Both the position numbers and the translations under genes were made by a program. From Eledone cirrhosa (lineage: Eukaryota): a DNA stretch of 64,000 nt. Below, one piece after another: positions 51,278-64,000 of the stretch. Each line of letters begins with the position of its first letter. Positions within the stretch are counted from its first letter, which is position 1. The notes under the pieces are model-generated. The model had not been told where the DNA came from and did no database searches. It saw only the letters and a program-made list of their open reading frames with translations. The DNA is taken from positions 88,846,001 to 88,910,000 of the forward strand of contig OZ024745.1 in the NCBI GenBank assembly GCA_964016885.1, given 5' to 3'.

Positions 51278-51723
51278 TGTATGTATGTATGTATGTATGT
51301 ATGTATGTATGTATGTATGTATGTATGTATGTATGTATGTATGTATGTATGTATGTATGTATGTATGTATGTATGTATGTATGTATGTATGTATGTATGT
51401 ATGTATGTATGTATGTATGTATGTATGTATGTATGTATGTATGTATGTATGTATGTATGTATGTATGTATGTATGTATGTATGTATGTATGTATGTATGT
51501 ATGTATGTATGTATGTATGTATGTATGTATGTATGTATGTATGTATGTATGTATGTATGTATGTATGTATGTATGTATGTATGTATGTATGTATGTATGT
51601 ATGTATGTATGTATGTATGTATGTATGTATGTATGTATGTATGTATGTATGTATGTATGTATGTATGTATGTATGTATGTATGTATGTATGTATGTATGT
51701 ATGTATGTATGTATGTATGTATG
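51249..51723. repeat. Perfect (TATG)n microsatellite, ~475 bp
   Basis: Direct reading. Confidence 0.97.
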
Positions 51724-52276
51724 TCGGGTCATTGGCGACTAAACTGGCAACCCCACCAAGGTTTCTTGGTGAGGAGGGTGACTTTGGACATCCTGCAGGA
51801 CTAAAAACAAAACCTGTCAAAGGGCAAAGGAGCTCTTAAGAGTCAATGGCCATCCAAAATCACCGGGAGAGATGACCCCTTAGCCTTTGTCAAGGCAGAA
51901 TTCTAGGAGAAGGAAAACTCTGATATAACACCTGCAACCCTGATGGTATCCAATGATGTTGACTTGTTCTTCTTTTTGGTAAATATCATCTTGGTTAAGA
52001 GAGTGGGACTGGCTTTGTGCAGTGCCTTTGCTCACTATAAAAGCTTCACGGCACAGGCATTGCTTTATATCTGGAGATCTCTATGCACTTGTCGTCACAT
52101 TGTACGATGGGCCCAGCAATATGTGTCAATAATTGTCACAAGTGCAGTGTTTGTACCAGAGTTTTCAAGTCGCTGGCGGGACTAAAACGTCACACTCGTT
52201 CAGCGCATCAGTAGGGGTTCTCCTACATGGATATGAAGTAGTGGCCGTACTCGAAAACGAGTTGGCAGCCACCATG
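51724..52276 (-). repeat. (CATA)n-associated ~550-bp repeat, flanked by TATG repeats on both sides
   Basis: Second copy of 25790-26320. Confidence 0.75.
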
Positions 52277-52292
52277 TATGTATGTATGTATG

Positions 52293-55167
52293 TATTGTTA
52301 TATTTGGGAGGGTCATGTTGCCAATAAGAAACACACGCGCCAGTTGCTTTCACTCCAATTTATTAAAAATTGAATTTAGAAATTTAAGAAATTTGTAAAT
52401 TTCCGTTGGTTGGTTCCACAACCGGACGGTTGTTCATATATTGTCGAAGTTCTATTGTCACACATTCTGTGACCTCTTCAGTGACTGGGGATTCTTTTTT
52501 TTCTTTGTTTTGTGCCTTTCCTTTGTTCTCTCCTACGCCATCTTGTTTTTGTGTCTATTGTCTGCTTAGTTTGCGCATGTGTTACATCCGGGTGTCTGTG
52601 TGTGCTTATATTTGTTTATTTATTTGTTTATTTACATGTTACTGGTTGGTTGTTTGTTCTATGTGTGTGTGTTTTCATTTTTTCCATAATTGTAAGTTAT
52701 GATGTTGCTGTTCCACTCATGTTTTCTATTTAATTTTGGTTGGAGTTCATTTATGTTTATTGCCTCTGTGATTTGTCTAAACATTGCGTCTTTTCTGTGT
52801 GTAGATTTTATTTTTATTTCTATGTTCTCTAATTTGCCCTTATGTTCTATTTTAGCATGTTGGTGGAGTACTGATGATTCTTTTCTATCTTGAAGCTCTC
52901 GCAAGTGTTCAATTAATCGTTCTCCTATACTACGAGCTGCCTCACCTATGTACACTATATTCTCTTCTTTACATTGTCCTTCAGTATTTCTTATGCTATA
53001 TACTATGTTTCTAGTTTTGCAGTTAATATGTGGGCTTAGTTTACAGATTATGCATTACTTAGCTATACAGGGAGGTCTTTGAAAAGTGTATGTATTACTA
53101 ATAAGTGTTTTTATGGAGGTACCTGGTCTTTCCACTATCTTAATATTTATTTTAAGTTTATCTAGGGCCCCTTCTAAATTTGTAAGCTAGTTCACCTCTA
53201 GGGGTTGCATTGATGAACATTACGCCCTGGTATCTATTACTATCTTACTATGAGATTATTCTATTAACCTTATTCCTAGTTCTTTCTATTTTATTCCAAA
53301 ATTTGCTCCTATACAAGCGGCAGGTCCAATTTGTATCATTATTTACCATTTTTTTCCCAATTGGTTCTGGCTCCTCTATATACTCCGATTTTATCTCTCT
53401 GATTGTATCCAGAGAACTGCATACGGTGGATGAAGTGATGTATGCGTCTCTCTAGTTCTTTGGGGTTGCATATGCGGGACACATTCCTCATCACCCGTAC
53501 TAAATCCGCAATCAGTATGTTGATTTTGGTGTGATCCGAACAGCTGAGTTTCAGTGGATCAGGTATTTGGAAGTCATGGGTTTTGGCATAATGGGAATGG
53601 AGGATTTGTTTTTTGTTATTAATGGTTTCTAATCAGAGCTCTGTGTCTAGTACAGTTAAACGATGGTTGGGTGTTTGCTTGGGGAGTCTATAGTAACTCT
53701 AATACTCTGGTGGATGGACTGAGCTATTTGCTGGATGCTTTCCATGGTGTTTTTCTCTAATTCCTAGATGTTCGCTAGTGGGGGTGTTTTTACTATATCA
53801 TCAACGTAGCGAGAGTCCATTATCAGGTTTAAGTGGTTGCTGTCTTCTAAATGTTCTTTAAGTTTATTGTCCCACCATACCACGAATAGTTTAGCTATGT
53901 CACCTGCAATGCTAACACCAATGGCTGCTCCCTCCTCTTTGGCATTTTTTTCCATTAAATTTGAACATATGTTCCTTAAGGGTTAGTATTATATTGGCCC
54001 CCACCGCATGTGCAATAATTTTCTTTAGTTCATCGTGGTTTTCGGGTGTCAGTATGGCTCTGATCCACCCGTTCCATCATTCTGTGTGGGGTTTCTTGGC
54101 CATTGAGGTAATGGGGGTGGTCTGCCTCTTGCTGGCCTTGTGGGGAAGAGTTTGCTAAGGTCATACGTATCTAGATAATAATTATTATAGGTAAGTTTAA
54201 GTATACCTGATCCACGGATAAGGTCATACGTATCTAGATAATCATTATTATAAGTAAGTTTATGTATACCTGATCCAGGGAAACTCAGCTGCTTCGGATC
54301 ACACCAAAATCAACATACCGATTGCGGATTTAGTAACGGGTGATGAGGAACGTGTCCCGCATGTGCAACCCTAAAGAACTAGAGAGACACATACAACACT
54401 TCATCCACCGTATGCAGTTCTCTTGTTACAATCAGAGAGATAAAATCGGAGTATATAGAGGAGCCAGAATCAAATGGGAAAAAAATGGTAAATAATGATA
54501 CAAATGGGACCTGCTCCTTGTATAGGAGCAAATTTTGGAATAGAATAGAAAGAACTAGGAATAAGGTTAATATAATAATCTCATGGTATGATAGCAATAA
54601 ATACCTGAGTGTAATGTTCATCAATACAACCCCTAGAGGTCAACACAGAAAAGACGCAAAGTTTAGACAAATCACAGAGGCAATAAACATAAATGAACTC
54701 CAACCACAATTAAATAGAAAATACGAATGGAATAGCAACATCACAACTTATAATTAAGGACAAGATGAAAGCACACACATAGAACGAACAACCAACTAGT
54801 AAAATGTAAATAAACAAATAAATAAACAAATAAAAAAACACACCGACACTCGGATGTAACACATGCGCACACTAAGCATACAACACACACACAAACAAGA
54901 TGGCGTAGAAACAAAACAAAGGAGAGGCAAACAACAAAGAAAAAAAAGAATCCCTAGTCACTGAAGAGATCACAGAATGTGTGACGAAATAACTTTGACA
55001 ATACATGAACAACTGTCCGGTTGTGGAACCAACCAACCAACCAGAAATTTAGAAATTTCTTAAATTTCTAAATTTCTTATTGGCAACATGACCCTCCCAA
55101 AATATAACAATATCGGTTTCAACACACGTTTTCAGATAAGGAATCTTGCTAAACAAATTCAGAAAGG
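52293..55167. mobile_element. Decayed PLE (sister family of 34201-41410), fold-back
   Basis: Minus arm about 52293-54200 (GAAIGVSIAGD, RYVDD, YIGE.AR). Plus arm about 54280-55110, with tail to 55167. Confidence 0.85.
54956..55000 (+). ncRNA. Hammerhead ribozyme, partly decayed (mirror copy 52442-52486, - strand)
   Basis: AGTCA CTGAAGA G ATCACA-GAATG-TGTGAC GAAA TAACTT TGACA. Confidence 0.65.
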
Positions 55168-55269
<102 letters not shown>

Positions 55270-55446
55270 TGCCCAAACACTGTTTTGTAAGAATGGGCCA
55301 GGTGGTGCTACTAAGTTAGACATGACCTGGGCCAGTACTGGCCGAAACTTATCAAAGTTTGCAAAGTTGCACAGACACTCCGACCTACAACCCTCCTCGC
55401 CACACCTCTTCCTGAACATGCAACCCCGTTCTTCCCCCAACCCTTA

Positions 55447-55513
<67 letters not shown>

Positions 55514-55519
55514 ACACCT

Positions 55520-58500
55520 ACACACACACACCACCTTCAGCCCCCCCCCCCCCGCTCGGACACCCCGTCTATCTCTCCCCACTCCACCCGCCACCACCCC
55601 TACACACCCCACACCCTTCCACCACCTGTTTTACCCCTTTTTAATTTCAGTTTATTTTGATCATGCTTTTATATTTATTTTTATTTCATTCCTTTTATTT
55701 TGATCATGCTTTATTTTTATTTTTATTTTTAATTTCATTCGCACCGTTTCCTTTCGCTATATGTCTCTCCACCACTCCCCTACACACCCTTTGAACTCTG
55801 TTCCCACACACCTCTCACCTGAGGAAGGGCCTATGCCCGAAACGTCGTTCCCCACCACCACCCCATTCTCCAGAGCGTGAAATTAATAAACATTCGTTGT
55901 ACTGCCTCTCTGTTTTGTTCCTGTTCAAATTTTTCCATTATATATAATACACGCTCACACGGCTTCCATTCCTTTCGAACATAACTTAACAACCGGCTCA
56001 ACCCCGATCTAATCCGCCGTAACCATTCTCCGAACTTTACACACCATCCCACACTTGGTCTTTCCTTCCACGCATTACCTTTGTTTGATTTTGTTACTGT
56101 ACTTGTTTATTTCCGTATATGATTCTTTGCCTGTGTTCTTACAATTTTATTTTTATGATTTTTTTTGTTCACGTTTTTCTGTTCCATTTTCCCTTCCCCG
56201 TCTCTGCCTATCCTTCGCACTCACTCCTTCGTTCACTCCACCCCGCTTCACACCCCTGCTTTCTCATCCCTCCCTCTGCTTTCACCCAACGCCCACCATG
56301 CCCAGCCTGAGATCCTTTCTCCACCAACTACAAACTCGACTCAAACTTTTCCTCACCCCCCTCCTCCCACCCTGCTATCTCCTCTCTGCCCTTCAACTCT
56401 CCTACCTTCTCTTCGCCAAAACCAGGCACTGCAGCTGCATCCATTTCCTCAGCCACTGCCTCCGCCTCCACCTTATCCCCCTCGGCTCCCGTCTACACTT
56501 CCACCCTTCTCCCGCCGCTTCCCCCTCCACGCAACGTATCCTCACCCGATCCTCAGGCCTCCTGATGCGCAACTCCATCCGCGCCTCCCGTTCCACCCTC
56601 CGCCAACTTGACCACCAACTGACCCCCACCCTCCTCCGCCTTAACTCCACCTGCCATCGCCTCCTCGCCCAAGCCATCCTCTCCTTCATCAAAAACCTCA
56701 ACAACAACCTCTTCTCCTTCCTCAGCTCCACCAAAGCCCGCAAGCTACTCTAACTCCTCCCAACCACCCCCATCCACCACCACCCGCCCATCCCCATACG
56801 CCCCCCACTCTCCACCTCTCCCTCGACCCACACCCCTACCCAATCTCCACTCTCGGCCTCACCCCCACACCCAAACCCCACCACTTGTTGTCACCATACC
56901 CCCTGACCTCCCCTTCTCCGCACCTGAGCGCTCACTCCTTAGTAGAGGCCTTCGCTTCATACCCCACACTCCGCACAGCAACGAGTTCCGCACCCGAACG
57001 GAAGTCGAGCGATTCGTGCGACGCACTAAGCTACAGACACATTTCGGCCGAACGCCACCGGCTCCGGACGCCCCAGACCCGTTTCTCATCCTGGGCCGAC
57101 GACCATCTTCTTGGACGCCGGCCCCAGGGCAATTTAGCACCCTGGACGCGTTCGTCGATGCCAGCCGTAGCGCAGTAAATCGTTTCGACTTCCGCCACCG
57201 TTCCAAACGGTACAATATCTCACGGGGCGAACTCCTCGTTCTCCGCTCTCTCCGTAGCCGAGATGACATCGTCATCAAACCGGCGGACAAGGGAGGCGCC
57301 GTGGTGGTGTGGCGCGCGGACTTCTACACGGCCGAAGCCCTCAGGCAGCTCTGTAACCCCCTCTTCTACCGCCCTATACCCTCCGATCCCACCCCCCTCT
57401 ACCAACAACAAGTCTCCTCCACCATCAAAGACCTTATCGCCTCCTCCCTCCTCCCTCCCCACCGCTTCCCACTTCATCGTCCGCACCCCCACCATCTACT
57501 TCCTCCTCAAACTCCACAAACCCGACAACCCCGGCCGCCCCATCGTCTCCGCTTGCACCTGCCCCACCGAACTCATCTCCGCCTTTCTCGACTCCATCCT
57601 CGCCCCCCTTGTCACCCCCCCCCTTCCACATCTCCGACACCAACCACGCTCTGCGCCTTTTCGACTCCTTCACCTACCCACCCGGCCCACAGCCCTTCCT
57701 CTTCACCCTAGACATCAAGTCCCTCTATACCGTCATCCCCCACGCCGACGGCCTACGTGCCCTCAAACACTACCTCGACCTTCGCCCCTACCCCATTCCC
57801 TCCACCCCCACCCTCCTTCGCCTCGCCGAGCTGGTCCTCACCCTCAATTGTTTCTCCTTCTCGGGTGAGCTTTACCAACAGGTCACGGGGGTAGCCAAGG
57901 GTACAAGAATGGGCCTGAACTATGCCAACCTTTTTGTTGGCCATGTTGAGGCCCAAATCTTTGCCCAGTTAACCGGCCCCACGCCCGAACTATACGGTCG
58001 TTACATTGACGACTGTATCGGAGCCACGACCCTCACCCGAGAACAGCTCGACTCCTTTCTCTCCTTCTTCTGCTCCTTCCACCCCTCCCTCCATTTCACC
58101 ACCTCTATCTCCACCACCCACGTCCACTTCTTAGACATCTCCGTCGCCTTCGACCCCTCCCACCACTCCCTCGTCACCTCCGCCTTCTTCAAACCCACCG
58201 ACTCCCACTCTTACCTCGACTTCACCTCTTCCCACCCCACCCACACTAAACACTCCATTCCCTACTCCCAACTCCTCAGGATCCGCCGCCTCTGTAGCCG
58301 AGATGCTGACTTCGAGTGTCCAGGCCCTTTCCCTAGTCAGCCATTTCATCCGCAGAGATTACCCCCCTCTCTCGTCCACACCGCTCTCACCCGTGCCCGT
58401 GCTGTCGACCGCTCCACCACCCTCACCCCACGCCACCGCACACCCACCCACCGTCTCCCCTTCCCCATCACCTACCACCCCTCCACCTTACCCCTCCACC

Positions 58501-58800
58501 GCACTATCCGCCGCCTCTTCCGACGCCTCCAGTCCGACCCCTCCACCTCCCACATCTTCCCAACCCCACCACTCCCCTCCTTCAAACGCGCACGCAATCT
58601 CCGCACCCTCCTCGTCCACAGCTCCCTACCCGCAACCCACGCTCTGTTCCCCCCTCCCGGTTCCTTTCCCTGTTCTAGGCCCCGCTGCAACACCTGTCCC
58701 CACATCACCAACACCACCACCTTCCAGGGTCCCAACGGCCACTCTCTCTCTGTCCTGCATGCCTTCCGCTGCACCTCCTCCAACCTAGTCTACGGACTTT
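55520..58800 (+). mobile_element. C-rich Penelope-like element with 5' LTR, 3'-truncated at start of the endonuclease
   Basis: Broken ORF about 56298-58800: HFLSHCLRLHLIP, IVIKPADKGGAVVV, KLHKPDNPGRPIVS, TLDIKSLYT, GVAKGT, RYIDD, FLD, C..PRC.TC, SNLVY. Confidence 0.9.
55817..55848 (+). ncRNA. Ultra-minimal hammerhead ribozyme in PLE 5' LTR
   Basis: AC CTGAGGA A GGGC-CTAT-GCCC GAAA C G TC GT. Loopless palindromic stem III ACGT, with AATAAA about 40 nt downstream. Confidence 0.8.
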
Positions 58801-59892
58801 AGTCGGACAGACGAGACTGAGCCTCAGTACCCCCACCCCCTTCCCCTATTCTATGATAGATTTGGCCGACTCCGCTTTTTATAGCAGATGTGTTAGACCC
58901 CGGATACTTGCCCTCTTATCCGACCGCTGCCCCTTTTCCGTGCTTTCTATATTTCTTAGTGGTATCTTTGCTTTAATTTCTCGGTCATCAGTATTTTTTT
59001 TGGGGGGGGGGGATTCTGAATTAATATTCCGTATCAAATTTTACTTCTACTTCGTACGAGCTTTTATGTAGCTTGCACTAGAACTTGTGTATCGTGGTGG
59101 CACCCTTAGAGATAGTATTAGTAATTTTTTTCGGGACTCTGAATCATTATTTCGTATTAGTGTACTTTTTTGCACTGGTGGTTGCTGGCCTTGTGCCTGG
59201 GGTAGAAACTTTTATTATTTCGTGGTAGTTTCTTTAGTATTTTGGCCCCTCACTTGTTGACCCGTTACCGTAAGACATACTCGGTTTATTACTTATACCC
59301 CTTAAACGGGTCTCATTTTAATTCCGTCCCACCTAGTATATTTGTTTAACCTAGCAATAGTGAGAGACTTAGGTCGTAGTAACCAGAAATTGTTTGTTTT
59401 TTTTCACATTTAATTGCTTTTTAACACTCTCAGTATTTATCTATATATTTACCACTTATTGTTCTACTTACTGTTTCGACTTCCTCCCCCTCCCCCTCCC
59501 TAGTATCTTCTTTGACCTCACGCCCAGCCGTAGCCGGCACTATCAACGCATGAATGGATCTCCTCCACCCCCTCTCCCTCTTTCTCTTACTGGCAGGTTT
59601 AGCTATCCCTTCCCTCCACAAATTGCCATCATAGAATTATTATGTCTCAACTACAAACTTTTGACCAATCCCTGTGGCAATCACTTTGACCATATATGGA
59701 ATTACCCCTTGAGGAGCTCGGCTATTCAAATACCAGGATAAAAATGTTCATTTAGTCCAGAATTAGCCGTCGAAACGGTTTGAGCTCAGCCGTCGGGGTC
59801 CTACTCGTTCCTATTACCCACTCCACTACCCTAAGTATTGAGTAGTTTGGTGCGTTATGGTCCACCTGGTTCCTTACCACATTTCTTCCGTT
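58801..59892 (+). mobile_element. PLE LTR remnant, family 4
   Basis: Shares AGCCTCAGTACCCC..TGTGTTAGAC start and 3' end with 22590-23340. Followed by (TA)n. Confidence 0.7.
59704..59799 (+). ncRNA. Hammerhead ribozyme, U3-G8 wobble core, long stems II and III
   Basis: ACCCC TTGAGGA GCTCGGCTA..TAGCCGTC GAAA CGGTT-TGAGCTC-AGCCG TC GGGGT. Confidence 0.75.
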
Positions 59893-59920
59893 ATATATAT
59901 ATATATATATATAAAATTAT

Positions 59921-60680
59921 AATTGGTGCTCTGCAATAGCGATATATATTTGAATGTATATATAATGTATTTTGAAATGCACTGTATGCTTAATTAAAAG
60001 CATTTTGAAGAACACACGCTATTGTTTTAAAGTAGTGACAATGTCACTTATTTAAATTTTCAGCAAACAGGGTAGATAAACTGACAGAGGTCTGTTTCGT
60101 ATTAGTTGGTACTTATCAAAGCTCACTGCTCCTCCTGTTTGCTGAGAATTATATGTGTTGGATTCTTATAGAATTCCTGTAATAATCAGGAACTGATTAT
60201 ACAGATCGGTCACCGGTCGAACAGAAATTGAAAATTAGAATTGATGTTCTGAAATAGCGATATATATATGAATGTATATATAGTGTATTTTACAATACAC
60301 TGTATGCTTAATTAAAAGCATTTTGAAGACCATACGCTATTGTTTAAAAATAGTGACAATGTCACTTATTTAAATTTTCAGCAAAAAGGGGAGATAAACT
60401 GACAGAGCCCTGTTTCGTACTTTTTAGTACTTCTGCTGAAAATTTAAATAAGTGACATTGTCACTATTTCAAAACAATAGCGTATGGTCTTCAAAATGAT
60501 TTTAATTAAGAATACAGTGTATTGCAAAATACATTATATATACATTCATATATATATATTGCTATTGCAGAGCACCAATTCTAATTTTCAATTCCTACTG
60601 GACAAGCGACCGCTCTGTATAATCAGTTTCTGAATATTACTGGAAGTCTATAAGAATCCAACACACATAATTTTCAGCAA
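59921..60680. mobile_element. ORF-less HHR repeat family 11: partial tandem (period 318 bp) plus inverted copy
   Basis: About 59921-60115 is repeated at about 60238-60432. About 60433-60680 is inverted. Confidence 0.8.
60076..60126 (-). ncRNA. Type I hammerhead ribozyme, U3-A8 core variant
   Basis: GTGAGCT TTGATAA GTAC-CAACTA-ATAC GAAA CAGA-CC-TCTG TC AGTTTAT. The second copy has perfect GTAC/GTAC and near-palindromic ACAGGGCTCTGT. Confidence 0.8.
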
Positions 60681-60686
60681 GGAATA

Positions 60687-62665
60687 GCAGTCAGGGCGGC
60701 ATTTACATTAAGGATTCCACCATTCTGCGTGCACGATCCACCACTGTGGTTCGCGCACATCGAAGCGCATTTCGCATCGACCCGGATCGTTAGCGAGGCA
60801 TCCCGTTTCACACATGTCATCGGTTCGATGTCTCCGGAGATTATGAATGAGGTTCGAGACCTCATTTTAGCACCACCCGGCTCTGTGTCATGTGACACAT
60901 TTAAAAGAACATTAGTTAAGCAGACGTCGGAGTAGCAGCAGAAGCGCTTGCCCCAGCTCCTCATATCGGAGGAATTAGGAAATAATAAGCCGACACAACT
61001 CCTACGGCGAATGAAGCAGCTCCTGGGTGAACATAAACTCCCGGATAAAATTTTCAAGCAACTCTTCCTCCAGCGTTTGCCTTCTGCCACACAAGTTGTA
61101 CTAGCATCCACCAGGGAGTCCAGCACCATAGAAGAACTCGCCGAGCTGGCAGATAAGATCATCGAGGTACCACATCCGCACTCAACTTTAGCGAATGTGA
61201 CGCCAGTCGTGCCTCCCACCAATTCTTTTCTTCAGCCCTCCAGTGCCACAGATATGCCCGATCTACACCACTTACTGGCACAACAAGCAACACAGATAGA
61301 GGCCTTGACGCAACAAATTCAGGCCTTGTCACTGGGCAACCCTGTCACGCGTCGGTCCAACAGTCGAACTCGCCGATTTGGTGGTCGCTCAAAAAGTCCG
61401 AGCGCATTCGGGATTCACCAAAAATGTGTTGGTACTACCAACAATTCGGGAGACGAGCGCAAAGGTGCAGCCATCCCTGTTCATTTGTTTCGAAAACGAA
61501 TCAGGGAAACGACATAGCCAGAAACTGAATGCGACGGACTTTTCTGGCCCTCATAACCAAAGTCGCCTATTTTTCATTCCGCGCCACGCAGAAACTGATG
61601 GTTGCCCGCTTTGTGTGGCCTCACATCAACAAGGACACCCGCAAATCTGCTAGGAACTGTATCGCCTGCCAGAAGGCGAAAATTCACCGGCACATCAAAG
61701 CCCCGATCGGTTCTTTCGCAACACCTGATGCACGGTTCCAACATGTGCATATAGACATCGTTGGACCTTTGCCTCCTTCTCACAACTACACTCATCTTCT
61801 CGTCTGTGTCGACCGATTTTCTCGCTGGCCAGAAGCTTTTCCCCTGACGGATATTACTGCGGAAACTGTCGCCAAAACGCTAGTGTTTCACTGGGTTTCG
61901 CGTTTCGGCACACCCGCGACCATCACTACGGATAGAGGACGTCAGTTCGATTCGCACCTATTTACCGAGCTGACTCGTTTCCTCGGGTGAAAACATATCC
62001 GTACAACAGCGTATCATCCTGCCGCTAACGGCATGGTAGAACGCTTACACCGCCAGCTAAAATCATCTATCAAGGCTTACGAAGACTCCACTAACTGGTT
62101 CGAATACCTCCCACTCATTCTTCTTGGTATTCGTTCCACTGTTAAGGAGGGAGTCGAACATTCTCCGGCTGAAATGGTGTATGGCACCGTACTCACTCTA
62201 CCCGGACAAATGATCGCTCCTGTTTCGCCACAAGAACTTCCAGACCCAACAAAATATGTGCACCGTTTACGGTCATCGATGTCGCATCTGTCTCCTTCAG
62301 CCCCTAAACAAAAACACGTTACTTCACACATACCAAAAGACATCGATACATGGACGCATGTTTTCGTTAGAAATGACGGTAATCCATCGCAACTTTGTCC
62401 GCCGTATTCTGGGCCCCATAAGGTGATACAGAAACGCCCTAAGTATTTCGTCCTCGACTTGAACGGGAAACGAAATACCGTCTCCATTGATCGTTTAAAA
62501 AAAGCGTTCATAGAACAGGAATTGCCACCATACCCACCGTTTCTCCAGCAGACTCACCAACAACTTTTCCCGACACAAACACGGCAAATTCTGCACAACC
62601 CCGACACATCAAATCTGGAAGATCAGTCCGATGGCCCACGCGATACGTACAAGTTTATCAGGTAA
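60687..62665 (+). mobile_element. Ty3/Gypsy LTR retrotransposon remnant: gag plus integrase, PR-RT-RH deleted
   Basis: gag PPF..DP.LWFAHIEAHF, ELG..KPTQLLRRM, LAELADKI. Integrase [32 protein letters not shown]. Stops and frameshifts present. Confidence 0.9.
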
Positions 62666-63059
62666 GTACAAATTATGCATCTGGTCGACATTTCGGCTAA
62701 TTTGTACATTTCAACGAATCGGCCAATTTCTGTGGTCATGAACTATTGCTACACACAAATCAATTAACTATGTGCATCACCCACATCAACAGAACAGACA
62801 AAAGAACATTTTTTCGTTTCTATGAAATGAACGAACTTTTAATCAACAAACTTTTCGTACGAACATTTTCAATTTTATGTAACATCACAGTACATTTTCC
62901 TGCATGTAAATTTCTTTTGCTTTGCATGTTTTCTTTTATTTCTTCTGTTTGTAAATGACTTTCATGTGTTTTTTTTATTTTTACTGATTTACTTCAACAA
63001 CACACCTAGTCATACCTATCTTCATTTTACATGCACCTAGATCGTTCAATCTTAGCTTT

Positions 63060-63710
63060 CTCACTGGAAACGGCGAAGATTCGAAACCGAATCTGAGCTT
63101 TCCCGCCTCCGGGAGAAGCCGTGGTAACTTGTTTACGCTCAAGAGACTAACCCCTTGGGAGAGGCAAAACACAGCTCAGAGGTGTTTACGCTGACAGAAA
63201 ATAGGTCAGAGGATATATTCATCTTTCTGACTTGTTTACGCTTGGCAAACTAATCCCTTGGGAGACTAACCAAAGTTCAGAGGATATATCTATCCTTCTA
63301 ACTTCAACTCTTATAAATACAGGGGTTGTTTACGCCTAGACAGAAAAGAAGTGATATACAGACAAGACAAGTCGCATTTACAAGTTCCCGTCAGGAAAAA
63401 CGAGTCTGCCACTTATTCTCACCTTCATGGCTGATCGCTGACTCCTGCAATACAAATAAGTAAATGTACTGATACGCACACACGCATTCATGGTGATTTC
63501 AGTATTTTTACACGCACCATTCATTTTTGTTTACACATATTGTACCTTTCTGATACAGTACAAATTATATTATAATCGTATTCTGTGATATTTGAATTTA
63601 CGTGGCTCGAAGAGCTACCAAATTATTGTATGAATATTTTGTGTTATTGATTTTATCATTCAATATTCCAATTGAATATTGTTATAATAAAATAAACTTT
63701 GTAACAACAC
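63060..63710 (+). mobile_element. Possible LTR downstream of the Gypsy remnant
   Basis: Repeated TGTTTACGCT blocks, TATAAATA at about 63312 and AATAAA near 63686-63696. Termini not clear. Confidence 0.35.
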
Positions 63711-63800
63711 AATCCTGGTATTTTCCTTTACATCGAAACCACCATACCAACAGTTACATCCATTCATCCACTTATCGTTACAACCACACATAATATTCCG

Positions 63801-63818
63801 TTACATATGTATATATAT

Positions 63819-63852
<34 letters not shown>

Positions 63853-63929
63853 ATATATAATATATATAATATATATAAGTATGTATACGTACATATATAA
63901 TATATATATAATATATATATATATATACA

Positions 63930-63997
<68 letters not shown>

Positions 63998-64000
63998 TAA
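63801..64000. repeat. (TA)n-rich microsatellite
   Basis: Direct reading. Confidence 0.9.

Noticed and set aside
51724-51800. HDV-like ribozyme in the CATA-associated repeat (CCTCCTC..GCCAATGAC on minus strand)
   Set aside because: Could not form P1/P3; a simple hairpin explains the pairing.

Overview
AT-rich, gene-poor eukaryotic DNA made almost entirely of nested transposable elements and microsatellites. The SINEs and the (TA)n/(CATA)n/(AAT)n content resemble an octopus/cephalopod genome (inference). No host protein-coding gene is clearly supported. From left to right: (1) a chain of non-LTR insertions separated by (AAT)n, namely two tandem Tx1/L1-clade elements (one with intact ORF2 but ORF1 deleted) and three R4/Dong-type RLE elements or fragments; (2) a non-autonomous Helitron; (3) a decayed R4/Dong element in (CATA)n; (4) many Penelope-like elements (PLEs), most in inverted fold-back form and next to (TA)n, including a young element forming a 3.36-kb inverted repeat with two open RT-GIY-YIG frames; (5) tRNA-SINEs and an internally deleted Ty3/Gypsy element. 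The main signal invisible to the ORF track is hammerhead ribozymes (HHRs). By eye I find about 25 complete, mutated or partial type I HHR motifs from about 11 repeat families, almost all with a palindromic stem III. Three families carry a compensatory U3-A8 core (UUGANAA), several have very long stem II inserts, and several sit in small ORF-less tandem or circularly permuted units resembling retrozymes. All folds and coordinates were read by hand and are approximate to a few bases.
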